64,000 nt of DNA from an uncultured Eubacteriales bacterium (GTDB lineage: Bacteria > Bacillota > Clostridia > Saccharofermentanales > UBA5734), in assembly GCA_903835065.1 (NCBI GenBank), contig CAILLO010000077.1:48621-112620 (forward strand), given 5' to 3'. A program made the translations under genes and the position numbers. This document shows, piece by piece, positions 48,211 to 60,584 of the stretch (positions are counted from its first letter, which is position 1; each line of letters begins with the position of its first letter). The notes beneath the pieces were generated by a model. The model saw only the letters and a program-made list of their open reading frames with translations. It ran no database searches and had not been told where the DNA came from.

Positions 48211-49722
48211 ATGACCACCGAATCCACCGTCCGCACGAGATTCGCGCCCAGTCCGACGGGCTTCATGCACGTCGGAAACCTCCGCACGGCGCTCTACGAA
48301 TACCTGATCGCCCGCTCGCTGGGCGGCCGCTTCCTGCTCCGCATCGAGGACACCGACCGCGAGCGCCTCGTCGACGGCGCCGTGGAAGCGGTCTACCGCA
48401 CGCTCGAGCGCGTCGGCTTCCGGCACGACGAAGGTCCGGACGTCGGCGGGGACTATGGCCCATATGTCCAGAGCGAACGCCTGCACCTCTACCGCCCCTT
48501 CGCCGAACAGCTCGTGACGACCGGTCACGCCTACCGCTGCTTCTGCACGAAGGAGCGCCTCGAGTCCCTGCGCGCCCCGGCCGCGGCCGAGGATGAGGGC
48601 GGGGCGGGCGGCTCCTCCGTCTCGGGCTTCCCGGGCGGGTACGACCGCCATTGCCGCGAACTGTCCGAGGCGGAGGTCCGGCGCCTGCTCGACGCCGGCG
48701 CGCCCTTCGTGATCCGCCAGAAGATGCCGCTCGCCGGGTCGACCGTCTTCGAGGACGCCGTCTACGGCAGCATCTCGGTCGCCAACGAGGAGCTCGAGGA
48801 CCAGGTGCTGCTCAAGTCCGACGGGTTCCCGACCTACAACTTCGCGAACGTCGTCGACGACCACCTCATGGCCGTGACGCACGTGGTGCGGGGTTCCGAG
48901 TACCTGTCCTCGACGCCGAAGTACCAGCTGCTGTACGAGGCCTTCGATTGGAAGCCCCCCGTCTACGTGCATCTGCCCGTCGTGAACGGGGCGGACGGCA
49001 AGAAGCTGTCCAAGCGCCACGGCGCCGTCAGTTTCGAGGCTCTGGTCGATGAGGGATACCTCCCCGAGGCGATCGTGAACTACATCGCCCTGCTCGGCTG
49101 GAGCCCCGGCGGCACGCGCGAGCTCTTCACCCTCGATGAGCTGTGCGAGGTCTTCCGGATCGACGGAATCGGCCGTTCCCCGGCCGTGTTCGACTACGAC
49201 CGCCTGCGCTGGTTCAATGGCGAGTATCTCCGGAAGATGGCCCCGGAGGCCTTCCTGGCCGTCGCGGCCCCCTGGCTCGCGGACGCCCTGCCGGGCGGCG
49301 GAGCGGGTCTCGACCTCGGACGGCTCGCCGGCGCCCTGCAGCCGCGCGTCACGCAGATGACCCAGATCCCCGGGCTCGTCTCGTTCTTCCGGGAGCTCCC
49401 GGAGTACGGGATCGGGCTGTATTCGAACGAGAAGATGAAGACGGACCCCGCCCTCGCCGCCGAGATGCTCGGGAAGGCGGAGCAGGAGCTGGCCGGTCTC
49501 GGCGAATGGACGCACGACGCGCTCCACGCCGCGTTGACCGGCCTCGCCCAGCGGGAGGGGCGCAAGAACGGACAGGTCATGTGGCCGGTGCGGATCGCCG
49601 CGTCGGGCACGGAAGTCACCCCGGGCGGCGCGATCGAGATCCTCTCGGTCCTGGGCCGCGACGAATCGCTCCGCCGCATCGCGGCCGGGCGGAGGAAGCT
49701 ACAGGAAGCACTCGGACGATAG
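48211..49722 (+). CDS. gltX: glutamate--tRNA ligase
   Basis: RTRFAPSPTGFMHVGN, LRIEDTD, PTYNFANVVDD and KKLSKRHG motifs. Confidence 0.98.
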   Translation: MTTESTVRTRFAPSPTGFMHVGNLRTALYEYLIARSLGGRFLLRIEDTDRERLVDGAVEAVYRTLERVGFRHDEGPDVGGDYGPYVQSERLHLYRPFAEQLVTTGHAYRCFCTKERLESLRAPAAAEDEGGAGGSSVSGFPGGYDRHCRELSEAEVRRLLDAGAPFVIRQKMPLAGSTVFEDAVYGSISVANEELEDQVLLKSDGFPTYNFANVVDDHLMAVTHVVRGSEYLSSTPKYQLLYEAFDWKPPVYVHLPVVNGADGKKLSKRHGAVSFEALVDEGYLPEAIVNYIALLGWSPGGTRELFTLDELCEVFRIDGIGRSPAVFDYDRLRWFNGEYLRKMAPEAFLAVAAPWLADALPGGGAGLDLGRLAGALQPRVTQMTQIPGLVSFFRELPEYGIGLYSNEKMKTDPALAAEMLGKAEQELAGLGEWTHDALHAALTGLAQREGRKNGQVMWPVRIAASGTEVTPGGAIEILSVLGRDESLRRIAAGRRKLQEALGR

Positions 49723-49743
49723 CCCTTCAGGAGGCGGATCGAC

Positions 49744-51420
49744 ATGGAAGAATCCACGAAGAACTTCATCCACGAGGCGATCGAGGGGGACCTCGCGCCG
49801 GGCGGCCGGTTCGCCGGACGCGCTGTGCACACGCGATTCCCCCCCGAGCCCAACGGATACCTTCATATCGGACACGCGAAGGCGATCTGCATCAACTTCA
49901 CGACCGCAGAGAAGTATGGCGGCCTCTGCAATCTGCGCTTCGACGACACGAACCCGACCCGGGAGGACGTCGAGTACGTCGACGCGATCGAGGAGGACAT
50001 CCGCTGGCTCGGCTTCGACTGGAGCGACCGGCTTTTCTTCGGCTCCGACTACGCGCAGCGGATCTATGACACGGCCGAGGACTTCATCCGCAAGGGTCTC
50101 GCCTACGTCGACGACCTGTCGGCCGATGAGATGCGGACGATGCGCGGCACGCTGACCGAACCCGGGACGAACAGCCCGCACCGCGACCGCAGCGTGGAGG
50201 AGAATCTCGGCTTGTTCCGCCGCATGAAGGCGGGCGATTTCGAGCCCGGCGAGAAGGTGCTGCGCGCGAGGATCGACATGGCCTCGGGGAACCTGAATCT
50301 GCGCGATCCGGCGATGTACCGCATCAAGAAGGACACCCACCACCGCACGGGCGACGACTGGTGCATCTACCCGATGTACGACTTCGCGCACCCGCTGCAG
50401 GACGCCGTAGAGGGCATCACGCACTCGCTGTGTTCGCTGGAGTACGAGGACCACCGCCCGCTCTACGACTGGGTCGTGAACCACGCCGACCTCGAGGACC
50501 GGCCGCGCCAGATCGAATTCGCGCGTCTCAACCTGACGGGAACGGTGATGAGCAAGCGCAAGCTGCTCGAACTCGTGACGCGCGGCCTCGTGGACGGCTG
50601 GGACGACCCGCGCATGCCCACGCTGCGCGGCCTGCGCCGCCGCGGCTACACGCCCGCCTCGATCCGCACCTTCTGCGACCGCATCGGCGTGTCGAAGGTC
50701 TACAGCACCGTCGACTCCGCGTTCCTCGAGCACTGCCTGCGCGAGGACCTGAACGCCTCGGCGAACCGCGTGATGGCCGTGCTGCGCCCCGTGAAGCTGG
50801 TCGTCGAGAACTACCCGGACGGAGCGGTCGAGACGTTCGAGGCCGAGAACAACCCGGAACGTCCCGAGAACGGAGTCCGCACGGTCCCCTTCTCCCGCGA
50901 GCTCTGGATCGAGGCCGAGGACTTCTCGGAGGAGCCGCCGAAGGGCTACTTCCGGATGTTCCCGGGCAACGAGGTTCGCCTCAAGCACGCGTACGTCGTG
51001 CGCTGCACCGGCTGCGTCCGGGACGGCGCCGGCCGCGTCGTCGAGGTGCGCTGCACGTACGACCCCGCGACGAAGGGTGGCGACACGCCCGACGGACGCA
51101 AGGTCAAGGGCACGATCCACTGGGTCTCCGCGAAGCATGCGGTCGACGCCGAGGTCCGCCTCTACGACAGCCTCTTCTCGGTGCCCGACCCGGACGCCTC
51201 GGAGGACCGCGACTACAAGGAGCTGCTGAACCCGGACTCGCTCGAGGTGCTGCCGGACTGCAAGTGCGAGCCGTCGCTCGCCGGCGCCGAGGCGCCCGCC
51301 GCCTACCAGTTCCTGCGGCTCGGCTACTTCTGCGTCGACAACCGCGTCTCCCGCCCGGACCGGCTGGTCTTCAACCGCTCGGTCTCCCTGAAGGACGGCT
51401 TCAAGGGGGCCAGGTCATAG
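49744..51420 (+). CDS. glnS: glutamine--tRNA ligase
   Basis: TRFPPEPNGYLHIGH, YPMYDFAH, VMSKRKL and KVKGTIHWVS motifs. Confidence 0.98.
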   Translation: MEESTKNFIHEAIEGDLAPGGRFAGRAVHTRFPPEPNGYLHIGHAKAICINFTTAEKYGGLCNLRFDDTNPTREDVEYVDAIEEDIRWLGFDWSDRLFFGSDYAQRIYDTAEDFIRKGLAYVDDLSADEMRTMRGTLTEPGTNSPHRDRSVEENLGLFRRMKAGDFEPGEKVLRARIDMASGNLNLRDPAMYRIKKDTHHRTGDDWCIYPMYDFAHPLQDAVEGITHSLCSLEYEDHRPLYDWVVNHADLEDRPRQIEFARLNLTGTVMSKRKLLELVTRGLVDGWDDPRMPTLRGLRRRGYTPASIRTFCDRIGVSKVYSTVDSAFLEHCLREDLNASANRVMAVLRPVKLVVENYPDGAVETFEAENNPERPENGVRTVPFSRELWIEAEDFSEEPPKGYFRMFPGNEVRLKHAYVVRCTGCVRDGAGRVVEVRCTYDPATKGGDTPDGRKVKGTIHWVSAKHAVDAEVRLYDSLFSVPDPDASEDRDYKELLNPDSLEVLPDCKCEPSLAGAEAPAAYQFLRLGYFCVDNRVSRPDRLVFNRSVSLKDGFKGARS

Positions 51421-51453
51421 AGAAGCGAGCCGGATGCCCGACCGCGACGAAGC

Positions 51454-51488
51454 GAAGGACCGGTCCGCGAGGGCCGGTCCTTCTTCCT
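51454..51488. terminator. terminator hairpin between convergent glnS and SGNH genes
   Basis: GAAGGACCGGTCC-GCGA-GGGCCGGTCCTTC followed by TTCCT. Confidence 0.65.
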
Positions 51489-51517
51489 GTCCGGGTACGG
51501 GGCGGTCCGCGTCCCCG

Positions 51518-52180
51518 TCAGCTCTCCGCGCCGCCCCAGTCGAAGCCGACCGCGTCGAGGAAAGCCCGGGCGATCGCCGTGTGCCCGAGGATGTTCGGGT
51601 GCACGCGGTCCCATGCGATGTAGGTCGAGTGCCGGTCCGCCACGAGGCGGTCCATCGCGGTCTGCACGTCCACGAACCGCAGCCCGTTCCGCTCCGCCAG
51701 CTCGCGCACGACCGCGCCGCATTCGTCCATCGCGAACCGCATGGCGTCCTCGCGCAGGGGCTCGAGGTAGAAGGGCGACATCAGGACGAGGCCCTTCACG
51801 CGCGGCATCGTGGCGGCGACCAGCGTCTCCAGGTTCCGGCGGTATTCGTCGGGCCGCACGTGCAGTTCGGGCTGGAGCGGCAGGTCGAACCGCCGCCACA
51901 CGTCGTTCGTGCCGATCATGACGACGACCCAGTCGGGCGAAAGCTGCAGGACGTCCCGGTCCCAGCGGGCGACGAGGTCCCGGCTGGTGTTGCCGGACAG
52001 GCCCATGTTCACGACGCGCAGCCCGCGCGACGGGTAGGTCGCCCCGAGAAGTCCCGCGACGACGTTGACCCAGCCGTTGCCGTAGGGGCCGAACAGGCCC
52101 TCCCCGACCGGTTGCGTGCGGCCGCAGTCCGTGATCGAGTCGCCGATGAAGAGGATCTTGCTGTCCGGGGCGATCTGCAT
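51518..52180 (-). CDS. SGNH/GDSL hydrolase, Axe2-like acetyl-xylooligosaccharide esterase
   Basis: LFIGDSITDCGR--P-GEG-FG, NMGLSGNT, MIGTNDVWR and WDRVHPN motifs. Confidence 0.88.
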   Translation of the reverse strand: MQIAPDSKILFIGDSITDCGRTQPVGEGLFGPYGNGWVNVVAGLLGATYPSRGLRVVNMGLSGNTSRDLVARWDRDVLQLSPDWVVVMIGTNDVWRRFDLPLQPELHVRPDEYRRNLETLVAATMPRVKGLVLMSPFYLEPLREDAMRFAMDECGAVVRELAERNGLRFVDVQTAMDRLVADRHSTYIAWDRVHPNILGHTAIARAFLDAVGFDWGGAES

Positions 52181-52191
52181 GGGGGTACCTC

Positions 52192-54851
<2,660 letters not shown>

Positions 54852-54933
54852 CTCAGTGCTCCTTTCGGGTCGCGGGGACGTTCCGGATACAAGACCAGAA
54901 TACCACAACGGTGGGCGCGGCGCGCCTTTCGGG

Positions 54934-55512
54934 CTACTTCCGCGGCTTCGCCCGGTCCCGGCTCCGCTTCTCGGCCTCGAAGACGAAGTAGCCGCCGGTC
55001 TCGTGGACGCGCACGCCGCCGAAGATGGCCACCAGCTTGTTGCGGTACCACTCCCTGCGCTTCGTGACGAGCAGCATCCGTCCGCCGACCGCGAGCCGGT
55101 TGAAGCCCTTCTCGATGAATTCCTTCGCGACGGAGAAGTCCTCGTGGTAGGGCGGGTTCGACAGGATGCAGGTGAAGCCGGTCTCGGGCAGCGCGCGCAG
55201 CGCGTCGCCGACGTAGGTCGCGATGCCGGGGACGCCGTTGCGTTCCGCGTTGATCCGGGCCATCCGGACGGCCTCCGGGTCCCGGTCGGTCATCACGACG
55301 CGGGCCGCCCCGATCTTGCGGGCGTACCAGATGCCGACCAGGCCGTACCCGCAGCCGAGGTCGAGCACGCGGTCGTCCGGACCCGGTGCGGCGTGCGACA
55401 GCAGGGCCAGGGTCCCGGGGTCGGCCTTGCCGGGAGAGAAGAGTCCCGGCGCCGTTTCGAACGAGAGCACCTCGCCCTGGACCTCGACTTCGAAGGAAGG
55501 GGTCACGCCCAC
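54934..55512 (-). CDS. RsmC-like small methyltransferase (MTS domain)
   Basis: PGLFS---D-GT, VLDLGCGYG and ILSNPPYH motifs. Confidence 0.9.
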   Translation of the reverse strand: MGVTPSFEVEVQGEVLSFETAPGLFSPGKADPGTLALLSHAAPGPDDRVLDLGCGYGLVGIWYARKIGAARVVMTDRDPEAVRMARINAERNGVPGIATYVGDALRALPETGFTCILSNPPYHEDFSVAKEFIEKGFNRLAVGGRMLLVTKRREWYRNKLVAIFGGVRVHETGGYFVFEAEKRSRDRAKPRK

Positions 55513-56738
55513 GTCTCCGCCTCCCTGCCGAACACGCCGGCCAGCGGCAGCGCCGCCGCGCCGATGGCGGATGCGCGCCCGCCGAGTTCCGTGACGACGG
55601 CCGAAGTCCCCGCGAACGACTCCGCGAGCGCGTCGCGCCGCAGTTCCTCGAGGATGCCGGGCAGCAGCCGGGCACCATAGACGGCCATGTCGCGGCCGAA
55701 CACGATGCGCGATGGGTTGAGGGCGTTGACGAGTGGGGCCGCCGCCGCGCCGAGTCGCTTCGCCGTCGCGGCCAGCAGGGCCTCGGAGGCCGCGCGTCGG
55801 GCGGGCTCCGGGCTCTCCAGGAAGGCGAGCAGGTCGCGGGCGGCCGAGTCGGGGCGTTCGGGAATGCCGAGCGCCTCGAGGAGGCGCGGCGTCGCGGCCA
55901 GCGTCTCGAGGCAGCCGGTCCGGCCGCAGCCGCAGAGCGGGCCGTCGGCGTCGGCGGTGACGTGCCCGATCTCTCCGGCGAGCCCGGAGGCGCCGCGGAA
56001 GGGGCGGCCATGCACGAAGAGGCCCGCGCCGATGCCGGAGCGGACGTCGATGCAGAGGAAGTCCTCGTCGTCCTGGCAGGCGCCGGCCCAGTGCTCGCCG
56101 ATCGCGGCCGCGAGCGCCTCGTTCTCGAGGTGCACCGTGAAGGGCACCGGTCCTCCCTCGGGTTGCGCGCCGCCGAAGACCTCGTGGAGCAGCGCCCGGC
56201 GGAGAGGTCCGTCGGCGTCCTCGTCGTGCCAGCCCAGGTTGGGCGCGCGGACGATGCGGCGGCGGTGCGCATCGACGTAGCCCGGCACGGACAGTCCCAC
56301 GCCGGCGAGGCGGCCGGTCGGGACGTCGGTCCCGCGCAGCAGCGTGGCCAGCGCCTTCGCGGCACGGACGGCGAAGGCCGGGAAGGCCGCGCCCTCCGGC
56401 AGTTCCCCGTACGTCGAGCCGGCCACGCGACCCGCGAGGTCGAGCAGCAGCACGTCGTAGCCGCCGCGGTCGACGTCGATGCCGCAGGAATACAGGCCTT
56501 GGGCGCGCAGGCGGAACAGGTCGGGCCGACGTCCGCCGCGGGACTCGCCGGTGCCGACCGGCTCGAGCAGGCCCTCCTCGAGGAGGGCCGCCACGAGCAT
56601 GCCGGCCGAGGCGGGCGTCAGCCCGAGGACGCGCGACAGCTCGGCCTTGGAGCAGGCGCGGGCCCGGCGCACCCGCTCGAGGACCGCGCCTTCGTTGGCC
56701 TGCCGCATGGCGGCGCTGTTGATGCCACGGTGGTTCAT
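55503..56738 (-). CDS. xylR: ROK-family transcriptional repressor (XylR-like)
   Basis: N-terminal HTH, GGRRP, GIGAG and GEIGH...CGCGRTGCLE motifs; follows xylB. Confidence 0.85.
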   Translation of the reverse strand: MNHRGINSAAMRQANEGAVLERVRRARACSKAELSRVLGLTPASAGMLVAALLEEGLLEPVGTGESRGGRRPDLFRLRAQGLYSCGIDVDRGGYDVLLLDLAGRVAGSTYGELPEGAAFPAFAVRAAKALATLLRGTDVPTGRLAGVGLSVPGYVDAHRRRIVRAPNLGWHDEDADGPLRRALLHEVFGGAQPEGGPVPFTVHLENEALAAAIGEHWAGACQDDEDFLCIDVRSGIGAGLFVHGRPFRGASGLAGEIGHVTADADGPLCGCGRTGCLETLAATPRLLEALGIPERPDSAARDLLAFLESPEPARRAASEALLAATAKRLGAAAAPLVNALNPSRIVFGRDMAVYGARLLPGILEELRRDALAESFAGTSAVVTELGGRASAIGAAALPLAGVFGREAETWA

Positions 56739-56764
56739 GGTCCTATTCTACCCCAACGGGCCGT

Positions 56765-58291
56765 TCAGGCGAGTTCGGAGAGTCGGCGGAAATCGTCCTT
56801 CAAGGACGCGTAGAGTCCGCGATAGAGCGCGTGCCGCGTGCGGTAGGCCTCATGGGCGGCCGGGTCGGGCTGCTGCCGGGACTTGACGGCGACCGTCGCG
56901 TCGCAGGCGGTGCGCACATCCGGGAACATTCCGCCGGCCACGCCGCCCAGAATCGCGGCGCCCAGCGCCGGCCCCTCCGACGAGACCAGCGTCGCGACGC
57001 CCGTGTCGAACATGTCGGCCTGCATGCCGCGCCACAGCACGGACTTGCCGCCGCCGCCCGACGCGCGGACCTCGGAGACCGGGACGCCCATGCCGCGCAG
57101 GAGGTCCATGCAGTCCATCAGGCTGTACCCGACGCCTTCCATGACCGCCCGTACGAATTCCGGACGCCCGTGGCGGGCGGAGATGCCGAAGAAGACGCCG
57201 CGGCAGTTCGGGTCGAGGTGCGGCGTGCGCTCCCCCATCAGGTACGGCAGGTACAGCAGGCCATCCGCTCCCAGCGGGACGCCTTCGGCCTCGCGGTCCA
57301 TCAGGATGTACGGATCGATCCCCTGTCGCTCCGCTTCTGCTTTCTCCGGCTCGCAGAAATGGTCGCGGAACCACTGGAGGGACAGGCCGGCGGCCTGCGT
57401 CACACCCATGACGTGCCAGGCACCCGGAACGGCGTGGCAGAAGGTGTGCACGCGGCCTCCCGGGTCGACGGCCATCCGGTCGAGGTGCGCGAAGACGACG
57501 CCGGACGTGCCGATTGTCGAGGAGACGAGTCCCTCGCGCACGATGCCGTTGCCCACGGCGCCGGCGGCCTGGTCGCCCGCGCCCGCCGCGACCGGCGTGC
57601 CGGCGGCGAGGCCGGTCTCCCGCGCCGCCGCGTCCGAGATGCGGCCGCTGACCTCGCAGGACTCGTAGAGATGGCCCAGCCAGGACGGCTCGACGCCGAG
57701 GTGGCCCAGCATCTCCGCGCTGAATTCGCGCCGGGCGACGTCGACGAGCTGCATACCGCTCGCGTCCGACACGTCGGTCGCGTATTCGCCGGTCAGGCGC
57801 AGGCGCAGGTAGTCCTTGGGCAGCAGGATGCGGCGCACCTTCGCGAAGAGCTCGGGCTCGTGGTTGCGCATCCACAGGATCTTGGAGGCGGTGAAGCCGG
57901 TCAGGGCCGGATTCGCGGTGATCTCGACGAGGCGGGCGGCCCCCACCGAGCGGGTGAGCTGCTCGCATTCGGCGGCGGTGCGCTGGTCGCACCAGAGAAT
58001 CGAGGGACGCAGCACGCGGTCCTGGGCGTCCAGCGCCACGAGGCCGTGCATCTGGCCGGAGAGGCCCACGCCGCGGACGTCGGCGGGTGAGATGCCGGCG
58101 TCGCGAAGCACTTCGCGGACCGTCTCCTTCGCGGCCTTCCACCAGTCCTCGGGGTCCTGCTCCGCCCAGCCGTTGCGCGGCTGGCTCATCGGGTAGAACC
58201 GGGTCGCCGAGCGAATGGCGTGTCCGTTCCTGTCGAACAGCACCGTCTTGGTCGACGAGGTCCCCAGGTCGATTCCGATCATGTAGTCCAT
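56765..58291 (-). CDS. xylB: xylulokinase
   Basis: GIDLGTSSTK, SGQMHG, ILWCDQRT, GAGDQAAGA and LPYLMGERTPH motifs. Confidence 0.95.
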   Translation of the reverse strand: MDYMIGIDLGTSSTKTVLFDRNGHAIRSATRFYPMSQPRNGWAEQDPEDWWKAAKETVREVLRDAGISPADVRGVGLSGQMHGLVALDAQDRVLRPSILWCDQRTAAECEQLTRSVGAARLVEITANPALTGFTASKILWMRNHEPELFAKVRRILLPKDYLRLRLTGEYATDVSDASGMQLVDVARREFSAEMLGHLGVEPSWLGHLYESCEVSGRISDAAARETGLAAGTPVAAGAGDQAAGAVGNGIVREGLVSSTIGTSGVVFAHLDRMAVDPGGRVHTFCHAVPGAWHVMGVTQAAGLSLQWFRDHFCEPEKAEAERQGIDPYILMDREAEGVPLGADGLLYLPYLMGERTPHLDPNCRGVFFGISARHGRPEFVRAVMEGVGYSLMDCMDLLRGMGVPVSEVRASGGGGKSVLWRGMQADMFDTGVATLVSSEGPALGAAILGGVAGGMFPDVRTACDATVAVKSRQQPDPAAHEAYRTRHALYRGLYASLKDDFRRLSELA

Positions 58292-58344
58292 GCTTCTTCC
58301 TCCCTTGCGCGCGGCCCTTCGCAGAGTCCGCAGCGGATGCTCCG

Positions 58345-58386
58345 ACTTTATAAATTCATCTTATAAAGCCGTGCCGCAGAATGCAA
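58345..58386 (-). promoter_or_regulatory. xylB promoter overlapped by a 25-bp XylR-type operator
   Basis: ACTTTATAAA-TTCAT-CTTATAAAGC (58345-58369); minus strand TTGCAT, 17 bp spacer, TAAGAT. Confidence 0.75.
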
Positions 58387-58442
58387 CCCCGGATTTCGCG
58401 GAATCGGCGCGTCCGCTGCGGCGAGGCGAGCGGCGGATCGGG

Positions 58443-60581
58443 CTACGGCGCCGAAAGGGCTTCCGCCGTCGGCGCCGGAGCGGCCGCCCTGCGCCGTCTC
58501 CTGCGCGCTACAAGCCAGAGGGCCGCGCCGGTCGTCGCGCCGCCCGCGACGAGGATTCCGAGGCCGAGCGCGAACGAGCCGTCCACGTAGCCGAGGGTGG
58601 CGACGTGGCGGCCCGCCGGGACCTGGAAGGTCATGCGCCCGTAGGAATCCCGGGAAAGCGCATGGGCCTTGCCGTCGACGGTCAGCCGGAACGAGGGATT
58701 CGCGAGGAAGCACACGACGACCTGGCCCCCCGTCGCGAGGTCGGTCGAGACGGTCAGGCGGTTGGTTCCGATCGTCAGCGCCACGCCCTCGGCGGAGGCG
58801 TCGCTCCCCTTCTCGACGAAGGCCATCGGCACCGCCACGTCGTCCCGGTACAGCGTCCGGTTCTCGTCGCCCGCGACGGCCGTCAGCGCGACGAAGGCCG
58901 CGGAGGGGGCGCCCGTCGGCAGGACGTAGTAGCGGACTCCCCAGGCGCGGTAGGGCGCGAGGTCGTCGACGCGGGCGTCCGCGCCCTGGCCGCGCGCGAT
59001 CATGGCGTCGTAGTTGAGTCCGAACGTCGCGTTCTCGTTGTCCTGCGACAGGAAGGGCTCGTAGCCGGCGAACTGGTAGAGGCCCCACAGGGCGGCGTAG
59101 TCGTAGCCGAGCGTCCGGCTCGAGTAGGCCGTGCCGACGTCGAAGCCGACCGACGCGACGCGGTCCTGGCCGATGACGGCGGCGAACGGCTCCGACAGCG
59201 GAAGGGGGTCGCCCTCGTACTTGAGGGACTTGCGCGGATAGGCGAGGTACAGATGCGCCAGGTCGTAGTACTGGGTCAGCAGCACGATGGCGACGAGCGC
59301 CACGGCGCCGACGGCGCGCCAGTCCGGCCGGCCGCCGGCCCTGCGAAGGGGCCGGTCCGGGCGGACCGACAGGAGCTGCATGCCCGCCGCGCCGAGCAGG
59401 ATCAGGAAGAACACGACGAAGACCGTCAGCTTGAACGGCCAGCGGAAGCGGTTGAGGATGGGCACCTGGTAGAGAAGCGGCGTGACCCAGGTGTCGGTCG
59501 CCCATAGGAACGCGAAGGCGGCCAGGGGCACGCTGGCGGTCCAGACGCGCAGCAGGTCCTTCTCCTCCCGCGTGCGGTCGCCCGGCTCCGGGTGGAGCCG
59601 GGTCCGGGACAGCGGGCGCAGCAGGACGAGCAGTCCCGTGCCGGCGCCGAGGAACGCGAGTCCCAGCATCGGACGCCCGAAGAAGGAATAGAAGCGGGCG
59701 CTGTTGAGGGAGACGCCGTCCGCGAAGGGATCCGTCAATCCCTGCACGATCTCCTTGATCGTCGTCGCGCCGGACAGGTAGATGTCGAGGGGCAGCACGT
59801 CGCTGCGGGTCGCCGAGACGGCCATCGCCGACAGCATCGGGAGCAGGAGCGGCGCGCAGGCGACCGCCGTGAGGCCGACCGAGAGGAGGTAGCCCCCCGC
59901 GATGCGGCGCCAGGGCGTGCGTCCGTCCGGTCCGCGTCCGAAGCCGGCGACGGCCAGCAGTCCGAGGAACAGGACCTCGAAGAGGACGCCATAGAGGAAG
60001 TTCTGGGGGTGTCCCACATAGAAGAGGGCCACCTGCGCGGCGACCAGCAGGGCGACCGGCCCCGCGCCGGGTCGGGCCAGGAGTCGGACGGCGCCGAGGA
60101 GCAGGAAGGGGAACCAGGCGGTGAATCCGGTGTAGACGACCCACGAGTCCCCCACGTAGACGACGAAGCTGCACAACGCCCAGGAGAGGCCGGCGGCGAA
60201 CGCGGCCTCGCGCGACAGGCGCAGGTTGCGGACCAGCAGGTACATCCCGAGTGCGGCGACGACCAGGTGCATCGCGACGAGGACGTCGATGCCCGCGAAG
60301 ACCTGGCCGGTCAGCAGCGCGCTGACGGCGAAGGCGAAGTACATCGGCGGGTACAGCACGGCCGTCTGGCCCATGGCGAGGTTCGGCGTCCCCAGGAACT
60401 GGTGGAAGTCGTAGACCGCGAGCGTGCCGCCGCGCAGCGCATCGAACGCATGCGCGAAGAGCGGCAGGTACTGGTGCCGGTTGTCGTCCTGCAGGAAGTA
60501 GTAGGGCGAGGCGGCTTCGAGCCAGAGCAGCGCCGCGAGGACGGCGACGGCCAGAAGGAGCGGGGCCGCCGCGCGCTTCAC
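58443..60581 (-). CDS. YfhO-like multi-pass membrane protein (putative GT-C glycosyltransferase)
   Basis: QDDNRHQYLP acidic first loop, G-P-LA-GQ--VLYPP, GHPQ and FRWPFK motifs; YfhO-like C-terminus (VPAGRH). Confidence 0.7.
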   Translation of the reverse strand: MKRAAAPLLLAVAVLAALLWLEAASPYYFLQDDNRHQYLPLFAHAFDALRGGTLAVYDFHQFLGTPNLAMGQTAVLYPPMYFAFAVSALLTGQVFAGIDVLVAMHLVVAALGMYLLVRNLRLSREAAFAAGLSWALCSFVVYVGDSWVVYTGFTAWFPFLLLGAVRLLARPGAGPVALLVAAQVALFYVGHPQNFLYGVLFEVLFLGLLAVAGFGRGPDGRTPWRRIAGGYLLSVGLTAVACAPLLLPMLSAMAVSATRSDVLPLDIYLSGATTIKEIVQGLTDPFADGVSLNSARFYSFFGRPMLGLAFLGAGTGLLVLLRPLSRTRLHPEPGDRTREEKDLLRVWTASVPLAAFAFLWATDTWVTPLLYQVPILNRFRWPFKLTVFVVFFLILLGAAGMQLLSVRPDRPLRRAGGRPDWRAVGAVALVAIVLLTQYYDLAHLYLAYPRKSLKYEGDPLPLSEPFAAVIGQDRVASVGFDVGTAYSSRTLGYDYAALWGLYQFAGYEPFLSQDNENATFGLNYDAMIARGQGADARVDDLAPYRAWGVRYYVLPTGAPSAAFVALTAVAGDENRTLYRDDVAVPMAFVEKGSDASAEGVALTIGTNRLTVSTDLATGGQVVVCFLANPSFRLTVDGKAHALSRDSYGRMTFQVPAGRHVATLGYVDGSFALGLGILVAGGATTGAALWLVARRRRRRAAAPAPTAEALSAP

Positions 60582-60584
60582 GGG

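Noticed and set aside
48166..51420. GlnRS in a Firmicute next to gltX
   Set aside because: Common in Clostridia; not novel.
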